This document shows positions 25,742 to 39,711 of a DNA stretch of 64,000 nt, in pieces. The notes beneath the pieces were generated by a model. That model saw only the letters and a list, made by a program, of their open reading frames with translations, had not been told where the DNA came from and made no database searches. The first letter of the stretch is position 1; each line of letters begins with the position of its first letter. The DNA is taken from assembly GCA_964016885.1 (NCBI GenBank), contig OZ024741.1, positions 40,858,001-40,922,000 on the forward strand, in the 5' to 3' direction. Source of the DNA: Eledone cirrhosa. Its lineage: Eukaryota. The position numbers and the translations under genes are program-made.

Positions 25742-26319
25742 ATATTAAATAAATGGAAACTATATTTATAAAACCATATTTATTCTATTATATATATTTT
25801 TAGGGCGGTCGATTGGCAGTAGTATCGGTAGAGGGTCAGACGCCATGCTTTGCAGCAAAGAGTTACGGCCCTTTATGGTCTGAGTTCAAATCCCGCTGAG
25901 GTTAACTTTGCCTTTCATCCTTACGGGGTCGATAAAATAAAGTACCAGTAATGCACTGGGATAATTGCTGGCTTTGTGCCAAATGTAGAAACAATTATAT
26001 ATATTTCAAGGGTACCAAAACTTCGGTACGCTCTCATCAGATAAAATACAAAGTTTGTTTTATAAATGTTGACATAACCAAGAAAAGATGCCTTAACAGT
26101 TCAAGTTTTTCTTGATAAACTTTGTATTTTATCTGATGAGAGCGTACCAAAATTTTGGTACCCTTGAAATATATATAATAGAATAAATATGGTTTTATAA
26201 ATATAGTTTCCATTTATTTAATATCATTGAATATTATACTCCAGAAAACTTGTCGAGTGCTCTGAATCAGTTATAAACATTTATATTTGTTGACAACAAA
26301 TTGAATATCCCTTTTGCTT
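25737..26319. mobile_element. Fold-back hammerhead element whose left arm is interrupted by a SINE (25802-25997)
   Basis: Left arm 25737-25800 plus 25996-26056; right arm 26116-26229; tail with TCGAGTGC. Related to 17042-17493. Confidence 0.88.
26125..26185 (+). ncRNA. Type-I hammerhead ribozyme
   Basis: TATTTTAT CTGATGA [GAG-c-GTACCAAAATTTTGGTAC-c-CTT] GAA ATATATAT A ATAGAATA. Confidence 0.8.
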
Positions 26320-26559
26320 ATATATATATATATATATCAGATATTGAGTTAGAAACTCAAAATAGTCTCTTGCAATTAAATAGCTCAAAGAAAGAAGTTT
26401 TTCTGAGCCGTGTAATATAATTGAATATACAAGAGAGATAAACACAAATATAAACATACATGCGTTCGAACTGTAAGGGACCAAGTTCACTAGGGTGAAA
26501 AAAATCCTAACTATAACAATATGGTTTGCCAGACTCAATTTAAAGTAATAAATCAAGAT

Positions 26560-26584
<25 letters not shown>

Positions 26585-26591
<7 letters not shown>

Positions 26592-27780
26592 CCTACCACC
26601 ACTAACCCCCACTCACACCTGCATTCAACCCCTCCCCACCTCCCGTATACTAACACCCACTAACACCTCTTCATCAAACTACACACACACCAGTACACCA
26701 CACTCCCTCCATAGAACCACACATACCCTTCTCTCCCCGCTCCACCCACAGCCTCGCTCCACACTCACTCATCCCACTAACACCCCTACTAATACACACA
26801 CGCACACACACACACACACCCTCCCCACTCCAACTTTCACACCTACCCATCCTCGCCCCCTTACCATTCCACCGACTGCTGCTATGCCCTTCTGACCACC
26901 TCCCAGCACCAACAGACCACAGCACTCCCACTGCTGACCACTTTCTGTTGCGCGCGCACCCCACATCTCTCCTCTTCCGACCACCGCTTCATGGATTACC
27001 CACACGCAGAAATTGACTTACAACCAATCCTCTAAACATCCTTGGAACTTACCAACTTTTCAACCATCCTCTTACGTAATCACCTATATAACTCACCCAC
27101 ACACACACCCCAAACAATTTTTTTTCTCCACACGCCACCCACACCCACAACACGCTTAAACCCCACACACACGTGCTTCCCACCACATATTTCCACCCTC
27201 AGCCTCCTGATTCCTCTCCCCCCACCCCCCTATCCACACACGCACAGACACTCCGACCCACAAAAACACCCCCCACACACACCTCTTCCTGAACATGCAA
27301 CCCCGTTCTTCCCCCAACCCTTACTTTCACATACACACACACACACGCACACCTACACACACACACACCACCTTCAGCCATCCCCGCTCGGACACCCCGT
27401 CTCCCTCTCCCCACTCCACCCACCACCACCCCTACTCACCCCACACCCTTCCACCACCTGTTTACCCCCCTTTTAATTTCAGTTTATTTTGATCATGCCT
27501 TTATTTTTAAATTTTCTCATTCCTTGTATTTTGATCATGCTTTATTTTTATTTTTTTATCTTTATTTGTTATTTTTTCATTCGCACCGTTTCCTTTCGCT
27601 ATATGTCTCTCCACCACTCCCCTACGCACCTTTTGAATTCTGTTCCCACACACTTCTCACCTGAGGAAGGGCTTATGCCCGAAACGTCGTCCCCCACCTA
27701 CCCCCCACTCTCCTGAGCGTGAAATTAATAAACATTTATTGTACTGCCTCTCTGTTTTGTCCCTGTTCAAATTTTTCCAT
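26585..27780 (+). mobile_element. Probable 3' UTR/pLTR of a Penelope-like element (CA-rich) ending in a hammerhead core and tail
   Basis: CTGAGGA AGGGC-ttat-GCCC GAAACGTC at 27661-27688, then CTGAGCG, AATAAA and (TA)n. Composition resembles the region 3' of the PLE ORF at 62130. Confidence 0.65.
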
Positions 27781-27847
<67 letters not shown>

Positions 27848-27853
<6 letters not shown>

Positions 27854-28155
27854 GTGAGGTTTTTTTTACAAAATGAAAAATAACCGAGGTGTCCTACACG
27901 AGTGAAAGTATAAAGAAAAAAAGATGAAATCGAAAATACAACTGGAGTCTTATTTTTAAAAAAATATATATATATTTATTTGGTTCCTTTACCTCTTCTG
28001 CTTTTCAAAAGTAGAGTTGAGATGGAGGGTCTGTGGTTTTTCTCAGATCTGATGTGAAGAACTGCGAAACCGGTAAAGGAACCAAATAAATATATATATT
28101 TAAAAAAAAATAAGACTCCAGTTGCATTTTCGATTTCATCTTTTTTTCTATTTAT
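27848..28155. mobile_element. Fold-back element (arms ~27910-27992 / 28073-28152) with degenerate hammerhead in the loop
   Basis: Inverted arms; ctgatgtgaagaactgcgaaaccggta at 28049-28075; tail 27848-27909 on - strand. Confidence 0.75.
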
Positions 28156-28461
28156 ATATATATATATATATAACAGATAGAATATAACAACTGTTTTACA
28201 ATATGATGAAAAAGGAAGAGAGCAAGATCCTACTAAAACTACAGTGTGTCTACACAATTCATAGTAACCAGAGTATAGCGTATATATATATATAGTGGTG
28301 GCTTACTTTGGATCTAGCTGTCAAAATGGCCGAAGCTCAGCCATCGGAGTCCTGACTCTTTTTCTATTACCCACTCTACTACTCTAAGTAGTAGAGTGGG
28401 TAATAGTGTTATGGTCCACCTGGTATCTTACCGCACCCTCTTTGTTTTATATATATATATA

Positions 28462-28920
28462 TCATCATCATCATCATCATCATCACTGTTTTACATCCGT
28501 TCTTGCACGCTAGCATGGGTTAGACGGGTTGTCCTGTTGTGGGCAGTGTCTGGTTAGCTGACTTTGCCTTGGCACCTCCACGACCACTTTGCAGTGGGAG
28601 GGTGTGGGGGCATATTGTCTATATGCTTCAGCTTCGGATTGTACCCGTGGGAGGTCGGGTTTTCTGTATTACTGCGTGACGCCAGAGGTCACGGTCATGT
28701 GTCATCGCCTTTGAGAGGTGTAATTGGGTAAGGTCGGCTTTTATCACCTCATCCCAGGTCTTCTTGGGTCTCCTCACTCCACGGTTTCCATCGACTTCTA
28801 GTGCTCTGCACCTTTTTATGCAGCTGTCATCCTTCATACGCATCACATGTCCATACCAACGCAACCGCCTCTCCTGCACACATCATTTGATTCCTCTTAT
28901 GCTCAGTCTCTCTCTCAATA
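28462..28920 (-). mobile_element. RTE LINE 3' fragment, inverted relative to 31555-32138
   Basis: VQERRLRWYGHVMRMKDDSCIKRCRALEV...; high identity to the + strand copy, with a deletion in the UTR. Confidence 0.9.
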
Positions 28921-29524
28921 TAGAAATGGCTTCTACAGGACTAGAACCGTTTGATTCAAAAGAAATCATCAGGAAAGCCAACTGTCCCTATATAATATAT
29001 ATATATACACACACATATATATGTAATATAGACACGCATATATATATAGACACTGAAAGGCTAAAATGAATCACTGGAGCTGCTTAACCATGTTCCAGCC
29101 ATCCATACAAACCTTTTCAGGTATCCCTATATTTCTCCAATTGCAAATGTTCTGCTCACAATTATTGCCGTATTTATCACTTCGCTAGCTTCCACAACAC
29201 ATTTATTTTGTTAGCCTCATTTTCTCTACCACCCCTCACACCACCATAGCCTATTCGACTAATCAAACTGCAGCATTGGATTGGCAGTATCGGTAGAGGG
29301 TCGGAAGCTATGCTTTCCAGCATAGTTACGTCCCTTTACGATCTGAGTTCAAATCCCGCCGAGGTTGACTTTGCCTTTCATCCTTACGGGGTTGATAAAA
29401 TAAAGTACCAGTAATGCACTGGGTAATTGCTGGCCTTGTGCCTAAAGTAGAAACAATTATTATATGTATTTCTTTCTTTGTATATATTATATGTATTTTT
29501 TTCTTTAAAAAAAAAAGTAAAATA

Positions 29525-32138
29525 GGGACGGTCGTAAACACAAAAGCCTACCTTAGTGAGGAATGTACCTCCTAACATAGCTTAGTTGTCAGCGACCTCA
29601 CGGTCAGAACTAGACAAACCTGGAGAAGAAAGATCAGGAAGCTGAAAGACCCCTCAGCCAGTAACAGATTTAAAGATATTTTACTCAACGCCTATGACAG
29701 TAAAGAAGAACAGATAGAGACATTCAATGTAGAAGAGCACTGGGAGTTCCTAAAAAATAACTTACTAGAGGTGACGGATGAGATCTGTGGCAGGAGTAAG
29801 ACCACAAGCAGAAGGAGAGTGACTTGGTGGTGGAACAATAAGGTAGATGAGGCAGTTAAGGCCAAGAGACAGGCATGGAAAGAATGGAAGAATGGGGTGA
29901 GCAGGGTACATTACATAGAGACCAAGAGGGAAGCTAGGCGACAAGTATACTTAGCTAGGAGGGAAGCAGAGGATAGAAAATTCAAGCATGTTTTGCAACA
30001 TGAAGACCAGAAACAGGAGGTGTTCAAGATTGCGAGGCAGTGTGTCAGAGAGAATTGTGATGTCATTGGAGAGAAGTGTATCCAGAATGATAAAGGTGAG
30101 CTTGCCCTCACAAGTGCTGAGAAGAAAGATGCATGGAAGAGTCATTATGATAGATTACTAAATGAGGAGAATGCATGGGAAGAAGAGACCCTACCCCAAG
30201 TAGACCCTATAGAGGGGCCAGCAGTACAAGTCAGCAGCAACGTAGTAAGTAAGGCAATGAAAGATATGAAGATGGGGAAGGCAACCAGTCCATCGGGTAT
30301 AGCTGCCGAGATGTTGAAGGCATCTGGGTCTGTAGGTCACACTATAACCACACGTATTGTTAACCAGGTAATGCTAGAAGGTGTCATGCCAAAAGATTGG
30401 TGCAGTAGCATCATTGTCAACTGCTACAAAGGTAAAGGTGATGCACTCGATAGAGGAAACTATAGAGGTATAAAGCTGATGGACCAGGTCATGAAAGTAA
30501 CAGAAAGAGTTATAGCACAGTTGATTAGGGACCGGGTGAAAATAGACGAGATGCAATTTGGGTTTGTACCAGGAAGAGGCACCACTGATGTCCTCTTCCT
30601 TGTGAGGCAGTTACAGGAAAAGTACCTAGCTAAAAGTAAGCCACTCTACCTGGCATTCGTCGATCTTGAGAAAACTAGGAGTAGATGAATGGCTTGTGAA
30701 AGCTGTACAAGCCATGTATAGGGGAGCAGTCAGCAAAGTTAGGATTAGCAATGAGTATAGCGAGGAATTTAGCGTACAGGTTGGTGTCCACCAGAGCTCT
30801 GTTCTTAGCCCTCTCCTGTTCATCATAGCCCTGCAGGCAATAACGGAGGAGTTTAAAACCGGATGCCCATGGGAACTCCTGATGACCTTGCACTTATAGC
30901 TGAATCTATGGTAGAACTAGAGAAGAAATTCCAAACTTGGAAGCAGGGACTAGAAAGAAAGGGTCTCAAAGTCAACATGACAAAGACTAAGATCCTTGTA
31001 AGTAGACGAGAAAACAGAACCCAGATCCCCTCAGGGAAATGGCCTTGCTCAGTATGTAGGAAAGGTGTAGGTAGGAACTTCATTTTCTGCCCCAAATGCA
31101 AACAATGGGTACACAAGAGATGTAGCGGGATCTCAGGAAGCTTAATTAAGAATGTACGCTTCACATGTAGCAGCTGTGCTAGGACAGCAAGCAGCAAACA
31201 GCCACAGGAAACAAGTACCACCAATCTCTGGGAGGGCTCTGTAGAAACAGTTGACAGCTTCTGCTACCTAGGTGACAAATTAGCAGCGGAGGTGGGTGTT
31301 CAGAAAGTACAATAACTAGGGTAAGAACAGGATGGAATAAGTTCAGGGAACTACTGCCACTGCTAGCTGCAAAAGGCTTCTCCCTCAAAATGAAAGGCAG
31401 ACTGTATGATGCGTGTATCCGAACAGCAATGTTACATGGTAGTGAGACCTGGGCACTGAAGGTGGAAGACTTACGTAAATTAGAAAGAAACGAAGCCTGC
31501 ATGCTCCGATAGATGTGTAATGGTAATTTACACGAACGACAAAGCATAAATGAATTGAGAGAGAGACTGAGCATAAGAGGAATCAAATGCTGTGTGCAGG
31601 AAAGGCGGTTGCTTCGGTATGGACATGTGATGCATATGAAGGATGACAGCTGCATAAAAAGGTGCAGAGCACTAGAAGTCAAAGGAAACTGCGGAGTGGG
31701 AAGACCCAAGAAGATCTGGGATGAGGTGATAAAAGCCGACCTTACCCAATTACACCTCTCAAAGGTGATAACACACAATCGTGACTTCTGGCGTCACGCA
31801 GTAATACAGAGTACCTGACCTCCCATGGGTACAAGCTGAAGCATATAGACAATATGCCCCCACACCCTCCCACTGCAAGATGGTCGTGGAGGTGCCACGG
31901 CAAAAAAGCACCCAGCCCACACTGTAAAGTGGATGTGTAGGCGCCACGGAAAAAGCACCCAGCACTCACTGTAAATGAGGTTGGTGTTAGGAAGGGTATC
32001 CAGCTGTAGAAATCAAGCCAAAAGCAGTTCCTGTATGAGCAAGGCATGGTCAGCCGACCAGACACTGCCCACAACAGGACAACCCGTCTAACCCATGCTA
32101 GCATGGAAGAACGGACGTAAAACGGTGATGATGATGAT
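29525..32138 (+). mobile_element. 5'-truncated RTE-clade LINE with frameshifts and 3' UTR
   Basis: ORF pieces 29771-30688, 30666-30899, 30863-31315, 31513-31818 carry RT motifs; deletions at ~30670 and ~30880 (YADD lost); (GAT)n tail. Confidence 0.95.
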
Positions 32139-33835
32139 ATATATATATAGACACACATATATATAGACAAATTCACATACACATATATATCCAACCTACT
32201 CCAGCATGGGAAGCAGATATAAACTATTGATAATGACACACACACACAATATATATATGTGACAATACACACATGCACATGCACACACACATACACAAGT
32301 ATATATATCTAACTATCACTTCTTCCATGTCTGTATGGACAAATATCCACATATAGAGGGAAGGATTGAAAAGTAAGTTGCTGATATGACAAAATAATTG
32401 CCCGTTTCACGAGTTAACTGCTCTATATTCACCAATTTCTCTTCATTAGCAGAAGAGGAAATTGGAATATGACAAGTGGGAAGGTCAACTTCGTATATTA
32501 TGTTCTAATGATGTATTACTACAGACTAGAGTGGCTTTGATTGATATTCGCAGTAAGGGACATAGGCATGCTCCATTGGATGTATAATGTTAGTGGTCAT
32601 GAACAACGGAACACAAATGAACTGAGAAGAAAACTGGGAATGAGAGGAATCTGATGTAATATACTACAGAGAGGACGACTGTGCTGGTATGGACATCTGT
32701 TAGAAAGAAGACTGCTGGCAAAGACATCTGCTAGAAAGAAGACTGCTGGTATGTATATTTTATAGAAAGCAGACTGTGCTGTAATATGTAGATACAACAT
32801 CAACACGCCTCAACATAACTCCAAAATATTAAGGTATTATCAAGATCTCCCCTATAAAATACTAATTTCTTTCATTCTCAGTCTTTAAATAATCATTCTT
32901 GTTAACAGTATTTTCCTCAGAAAAAGAGATTTTGATCTCGAAATATCAGGACATAAATAAATCAAGGTAAAACACCTAACATCTTGTTTCATCTGACTTC
33001 TTTATTCATCCATTTCACATTGTCGTGGCTTTCAAACTTAAAACTCTATAGTATTATAGTCATATTACATCTGTTTTTCCATACTAGCATGTGTTGGATA
33101 GGTTTTCACTAACACAGCATCCCACTACATGTTGCAGTTCTATGTCATCTCCTTAGTGAGTTTCAGTTTCCTGAGATTAACAATCACCATTTTCCCCATG
33201 TCTTCCTTGGTATTTCTCTTGTGTAGTTTCCTTTCACCTGGATCATTTAGTTAAACAGCTACCATCCTCCTTCAACATCAAATCTCTTCCCTTGCACACT
33301 ACATCTGATTCCCTAGCTTTTTCTCCCTATTCATTTATGTTTGGTCATTCAAACCCATTAGTATGATACATCGAGTGGGGCATGCTTGTCTCATTGCTTT
33401 TCAGCTTTGGTACATCTTCCACATTCAATGGCCATGTCTCATTACAATGCAATGTTACATTCTGTACAAAGGTATCATGCAATATTCACTCAAAGAGAGA
33501 ATCCTTGAATTAGCAGCAGATGAAAGTAGTCAGAGTAAAAAACGAAAGGAAAAAATTGATGGAGCTATTAACTCTGTCATCATTTCATCATCATTTCATT
33601 TTACGTCCGCTTTTTCCCTGCTTGCAAGGGTGGGACGGGAACTGATTCTGGCTTAATTTCTACAGCTGGATGCCCTTCCTAACACCAACCTCATTTAGAG
33701 CAACAAAATGATTCTATCTGAATGAAGAGCAGATTGGTTGTTCAAAATGTATTGTTGCATGATGGCAACACATAACCAATACAGAGAATGTGCAAAGGCT
33801 GCAAAAAAAGGAGGCAAACATTTTATATTGGATGT

Positions 33836-33931
33836 GTAATAGGGCTGTGCATAAATGGCAGTAATAGGGCTGTGCATAAATGGCAGTAATAGGGCTGTGC
33901 ATAAATGGCAGTAATAGGGTTGTGCATAAAT
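33836..33931. repeat. 25-bp minisatellite, ~4 copies
   Basis: gtaatagggctgtgcataaatggca repeated, inside a decayed RTE fragment. Confidence 0.9.
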
Positions 33932-34510
33932 GAACAAGGAGGAAAATTAGGCATAAGGGGAATCAGATGTACAGAGCTAGAAGATGATTGTACTGCTATG
34001 GTTATAAGATGTATATGAAGGATGACAGCTGGATAAAGAAGTACCAAGTAATCCAAGAGGAAGGAACTTGTGGATGGGGCTGGTTGAGGAAGATAAAAGA
34101 AAACAAATGGCAAAGTCTCATCTCATGAGGCTTCACCTCATTAAGGAATAACAAAGGACTGAAGCATGAGGTAAAATACTGTAAATCACCAATTTGATGA
34201 GCAGATCGATAATGGATTCGGGTTCATAAATTTTAAGAGTGACCTAGAACCAATCCTTTATATATATATAAAGTTGTAAAGGCTATCTCTCTCTGTCTAT
34301 CACCCATCTCTCCTCCTCTCTCATCTTTCCTTCTTATACTCCTCCCCCACCATTCTTTACTCTCATCTCCTCCTCTTCCTTACCTTTTCCACCCCCACCC
34401 CCCCCTCACTTTTTCCCCAATCTCATACATCAATCTTAAATTATTTTTCATATGTTGATTTAAAACTTCACTATTCACAAGTGTTTTTTAAGCTTCATAT
34501 CATGTATCCC

Positions 34511-34581
34511 TATTTTATCTGATGAAAACGCAGATATCATCCCATGATGATATTTGTTTTTGAAATGCGCATAATAAAATA
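34511..34581 (+). ncRNA. Type-I hammerhead ribozyme at the 3' end of a TA-flanked element (34270-34620)
   Basis: TATTTTAT CTGATGA [GCAGATATCATC-ccat-GATGATATTTGT] GAA ATGCGCAT A ATAAAATA; perfect 8-bp stem I, palindromic stem III. Confidence 0.87.
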
Positions 34582-35227
34582 CTTGGAACTCTTTTAACCA
34601 TCTTTTGATCTTATATTATATATATTTATATATATATATATATACACACACATATATATATGTATACACACATACACATATATATATACATACACACAAA
34701 TATATATATATACACACACACACACATATATATATATACATATACACACATACATATATATACATACACACAAATATATATACATGTATATATATATATA
34801 TAGAGAGAGAGAGAATATAGGGGGAAAGCTGATTGTGTAATTAAACAAAGATTTCAAGCCAACTTATATTTATCTTTGCCATAATTACCAAGAACTCATT
34901 CGTTACTAACCACCAATTCTAATCTATTTGTATAGTTTATCTTCACTTCCTACTGTGTACGATTGTTTAAGTCTTCAGTGTTCAACTAATTAAGCGTTAT
35001 CAGCAATTTGGCATCAATATGTTTGGTTAAAATCAAGGTCAACTGAACAGCTATCTAATAAATGTTATTTTGGATAGGAAAAAGTTTTTCAGTGATGGGG
35101 TTTTTATTGTCCTTTTCTTTTTGTCTGATTCTGATTCTTCATGTTGTTCAGCTAACTGTCCATTCAAATTTTCTATTCATTTCTTTTTTAATCTTCAGCC
35201 TAATCCCTTCATTATTACTATTATTAA

Positions 35228-35972
35228 AGGGAAGTGGATTGGCAGTATCGGTAGAAGATCGGATGTCATGCTTTGCAGCATAGAGTTACGGCCCTTTACG
35301 TTCTGAGTTCAAATACCACCGAGGTTAACTTTGCCTTTCATCCTTATGGGGTCGATAAAATAAAGTACCAGTAATGTACTGGGATAATTGCCGACCTTAT
35401 GCTAAAAGTAGAAAGATTTATTAAAGGGCAGTAGATTGGCAGTATCGGTAGAAGGTTGGACGCCATGTTTTGCAGCATAGAGTTACGGCCCTTTACATTC
35501 TGAGTTGAAATCCCGCTGAGGTTAACTTTGCCTTTCATCCTTATGGGGTCGATACAATAAAGTACCAGTAAATGCACTGGGGTAATTGCTTACCTTGTGC
35601 CAAAAATAGAAACAATTAATACTATTATTAACATTATTATTTTTTTTATTATTAGAGCCTCTACTCCTCCACATTGAGAGGTCTGATACTATGGGCATGG
35701 GGTTAGAATGTCTCAGGAAAGAATAGTTGGAAAGATTTTACAGGCAAAAACCAACCAGCAGGAGACACAGGGGTAGACCCAGAGCAAGATGGATGGATAA
35801 CATCCATAAGCTTGGCTGGTCAAGTACATTACTGGTACTTTATTTTATCGACCCCGTAAGGATGAAAAGCAAAGTTAACCTCGGCAGGATTTGAACTCAG
35901 ACTGTAAAGGGACATAACTATGCTAGAAAGCATGGTGTCCAACCCTCTACCGATACTGCCAATTCACCACTC
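35228..35972. mobile_element. SINE cluster (35228-35420 +, 35426-35617 +, 35825-35972 -)
   Basis: Family match to 11395-11588. Confidence 0.85.
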
Positions 35973-36045
35973 CACTGTAATAATACACCTTCTTCATCCA
36001 CTTATTTCTGAGAAGGGCGTATTTATTATATATATATATATACAT

Positions 36046-36416
36046 CATCATCACCATTTTACGTCTGTTCTTCCACACTAGCATGGGTTAGATGGGTTGT
36101 CCTGTCAGCTGACTATGTCTTGCTCATACAGGAGCTGATTCTGGCTTGATTTCTACAGCTGGAAGCCCTTCCTAACACCAACCTCATTTACAGTGAGTGC
36201 TGGGTGGTTTTTTTCCGTGGCGCCTACATGACCACTTTGTAGTGGAATGATAGGGACCCCAGTCCTATCATCTCTTTTCTATAGCTGAGTAAACTGGAGC
36301 AACGTGAAATAAAGTGTTTTGCTCAAGGAAACAACACATCACCCGGTCCGAGTATTGAACTCACAACCTTTCAATTGCAAGCCCAATGCTCTAACCACTA
36401 AGCCATGTGCCTTCAC
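36046..36416 (-). mobile_element. Full-length CORE-like SINE with RTE-type tail
   Basis: Homologous to 7394-7716; head gtgaaggcacatggcttagtggttagagc. Confidence 0.82.
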
Positions 36417-37194
36417 TCTTATATATATATATATTACATATATATATATTACTCCATTACATGTTCCAGCTGACAGGCTGAGGCCATGCTCTGACACTGC
36501 CATTATATATATATGTGTGTTCCAGTCTGTAACTGTTTAAAATTTACACACACACACAATGCATTTCCTGCCTCAGTCATTTTGTTATAAGAAGAAGTTT
36601 GATTTCCAATCACAAGGTTCCGGATATTAACCCTACTTCATTTGTTTGCCACGAAGGCAAAAGATTAAAGGGACATAACGACAGGGTACTTGAAGAAAAG
36701 CATAATGAGGGAAAAAAGTATACATAGTATAATAATACAGGCCCCAGAGAGGAGAAATGTTACCTAGGATTAACCAAAGGAATTCTACAGGTCCAAGATT
36801 ACTCTGACTATCAAGGGCTTGTGGTGCCCTCTTCCACCAGTTACTCTCTGCCAGAAGTAGGTCTATTCACTGAAGCCATTTTTGTCACTGTCACCCGTAT
36901 TATAGACATTTCAGAGCCCCCAAACACTTTCATAAATCTTTTGCCTCCAACCATTTACATGTCAAAGTAGTAGTATCTGTATAATTGGTGAGATACAGGT
37001 AAATAGAGAATGAAGCAAATTTGATGAAAATATATCTTATTTCATTTTTAACAATTTTTTGAAAAAAAGAAAAATTTAGCATGTAACGCCAACCTGGGGC
37101 AATAAAATACAAAAATACTGCACTGGCACTCAACTTTACTTGAAGAGTGTTCCTTCCTTCCCATAACACCATCTTATGCAATAGCATCACTTAC

Positions 37195-37305
37195 CTTGCT
37201 CCCAGGATGCACTCGGCCATATCTCATAATGACAATGCTACCATTCACATTTTGCAGTTTTTCAAAGTCTGATTTCTCCCCGTAGTTAGCATATAACAAA
37301 TGACC
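37195..37305 (-). CDS. Exon B of GCPII/NAALADase-like gene (start of PA domain)
   Basis: ttttcag|GGT...AGCAAG|gtaagt; 111 nt, phase 0/0. GHLLYANYGEKSDFEKLQNVNGSIVIMRYGRVHPGSK, cf. GCPII GDLVYVNYARTEDF...GKIVIARYGKVFRGNK. Confidence 0.93.
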
Positions 37306-37642
37306 CTGAAAAAATGAAATAGATTTATATGTAACCAAAAATTAGGGATAGAAAATTAGTTTTAAAACATTTTTAACACCTTACACATGTTTCAAGAGTA
37401 ATATGAGAATATATCTAATATAGAGAATTACTGAAAAGATGTTATAAGTAACTTGTATAAGTGAAAAATAAATACATTAAAAAATATAAACAAATTATAT
37501 ATTAGTCCTTTTCTTCAGACTGATAATATATAAACACATGGAGCTAATTCTGAAACTACTTGGCAATTATATACTATTGCATATAATTCTCTACATACAA
37601 ATTGAATTGGAAATGTTTCACCTTTGCTATATATATATATAT

Positions 37643-38235
37643 AGTAAAAAAAACGAGGAAATTTTGTTTACATATAAGAAATATTTATTGTGTATCGACC
37701 TGTTTTGTGCGTTTCGCAGAGGAGTGGCTCAAGGTCACCCATAGGAGTTATGGACCTGACTCCACTTGGTTTTTTTTCTATTATATACACTCTGCCTGTG
37801 CATAGAGTGTTTGTTTTGGTACCAACACCAGTAATTCACTGAACCACCTACACAATATATATATACAGAGAGAGAGAGAGATTAAGTAGAATTGTAGTCG
37901 ATGTTGCAGCATTTGTAAAAGGTTGGTACATATGCTGCAACACTGACTTCGATTCAACTTAATCTATTTACATTCTGCACACTACAGTTGCTTTAACTCT
38001 GGAATACAATCCACATGAGACAGACTTCATAATAGCATTGAGTGCTTCAAATGGCGCACCACCTGTAACTGTAGTTAAAAACCTAACTAATATATATATC
38101 ATATTATTTATTTATGTTCATACGCAGAACATAAGCGTTTCTGTTCCAAGTATGAACATAAATAAGTAATATATTTCTCTTCTCTTTCTGATTGAGCACT
38201 GTTTTCTTTTTTCCTTTTCGCATCTAAAGATATTG

Positions 38236-38237
<2 letters not shown>
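37643..38237. mobile_element. Three consecutive short hairpin + tail elements separated by microsatellites
   Basis: Hairpins at ~37720-37765, 37879-37965 and 38100-38172, each followed by a GAGYRY-bearing tail (AGAGTGT, TTGAGTGC, TTGAGCAC). Confidence 0.6.
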
Positions 38238-38276
<39 letters not shown>

Positions 38277-39711
38277 ACTCTTAATATTCTGAAATAATTT
38301 AGCAGAAAATGTCTAAAAAGAACGTCTGTTAATCTAAATGTTTATAGTATCTTTAGTTTTAAATAGATCCTTGCGAAAATTTTCATTATTAGACTAAATC
38401 TAATAACGCTAAAGATAAAGTTATGCATTGGTTGTTAATCAACATCATCATCATTGTTTTTATGTCCGTTTATCCACGCTTGCATGGGTTGGATGGGTCT
38501 TTTTCAGCACATCATCACTCCACTTGCTATATTTCTGTGTCTTCTCCTCAGTGTGTCTCAGCGATTTGGTCTACCTCTACTGCAGCTTGCATCCACTGGC
38601 ATTTCCTGGCACCTCTACACCCATCATCCATGTGTATCACATGTCCATACCAATGCAGTCTTCTCTCTTAGGTACCATCTCGGATTCCTCTTAGACCCAG
38701 CTTCTCCCTCAGTTGTTCCAAGCTCTGCCTTTCTCTCAACACAATAAGAAAAATGTGTGTACTAAAAAAATATGATGAAAAGTAAAATGTTATGAATTAA
38801 ATGTATGGCTAATTGGTTAGAGAACTAGATTTGCAATGATGAGGTTGTCAGTTCGATTCCTGGAACGGGCGATGCGTTATGTCCTTGAACAAGACACTTT
38901 ATTTCACAAAGCTTCTTCTATCTGGAGTTGCGACCGATAGATAGTATTAGCAACTGGAAAGACCAATGGAAACATTGCTTCCTCGGTCCCATTTGACGAA
39001 AGTTGATCGACAAATTTTACACCAACATATATTATCAATGATATTATAATTTGGTATATAATTCATCATACATTCATTACAAATATCTCCAAAAACAAAA
39101 TATTCTTATCAGCTATTAATTCATGAAATAAATCATCGATATTTGCTGTCATTGATAGAATATATCATAGCCATGTTTTAAAGAATTATATTTGGAGAAA
39201 TCCAGATAATAAATCGCTAAATTTCAGAATACAACGCATTAGATAATTCAAATATAAATCACGTGTAGTTGAAAATCAAAAGTAATAATTAGAGTTATTC
39301 CCCTTACATCAGAGACTTTGTCACTTCCTTTAACACTTGTTCAATGAATAAAAGTTTCTAACTGCGATTTCATGCAGTACAAGATAAAGATGGTGGAAGA
39401 CCAAGTCATCCAAAATATTTAGTTTTTGTATATCTTGCAAGTTTCTTGGCAAATGGATTCATTATCTGCACCCACAACGAGGACTACTACGACGACCACA
39501 GCATCAACAACAAAACCCCTCTCCACCACCACACCAAAATATTTTATGCCTAATCATGTGATCGTCCACAACCAATCAAATTGAACATAAAGCAATCTGA
39601 GCCTCATTTTTTGCATAAAACTGAAAGAAATTGCCACTATCAGTGAGACAAGAGTTACAAGTTAACATAGCCACACATCTTTATCTTTTGACAATCAAGA
39701 CAACACTCCTC

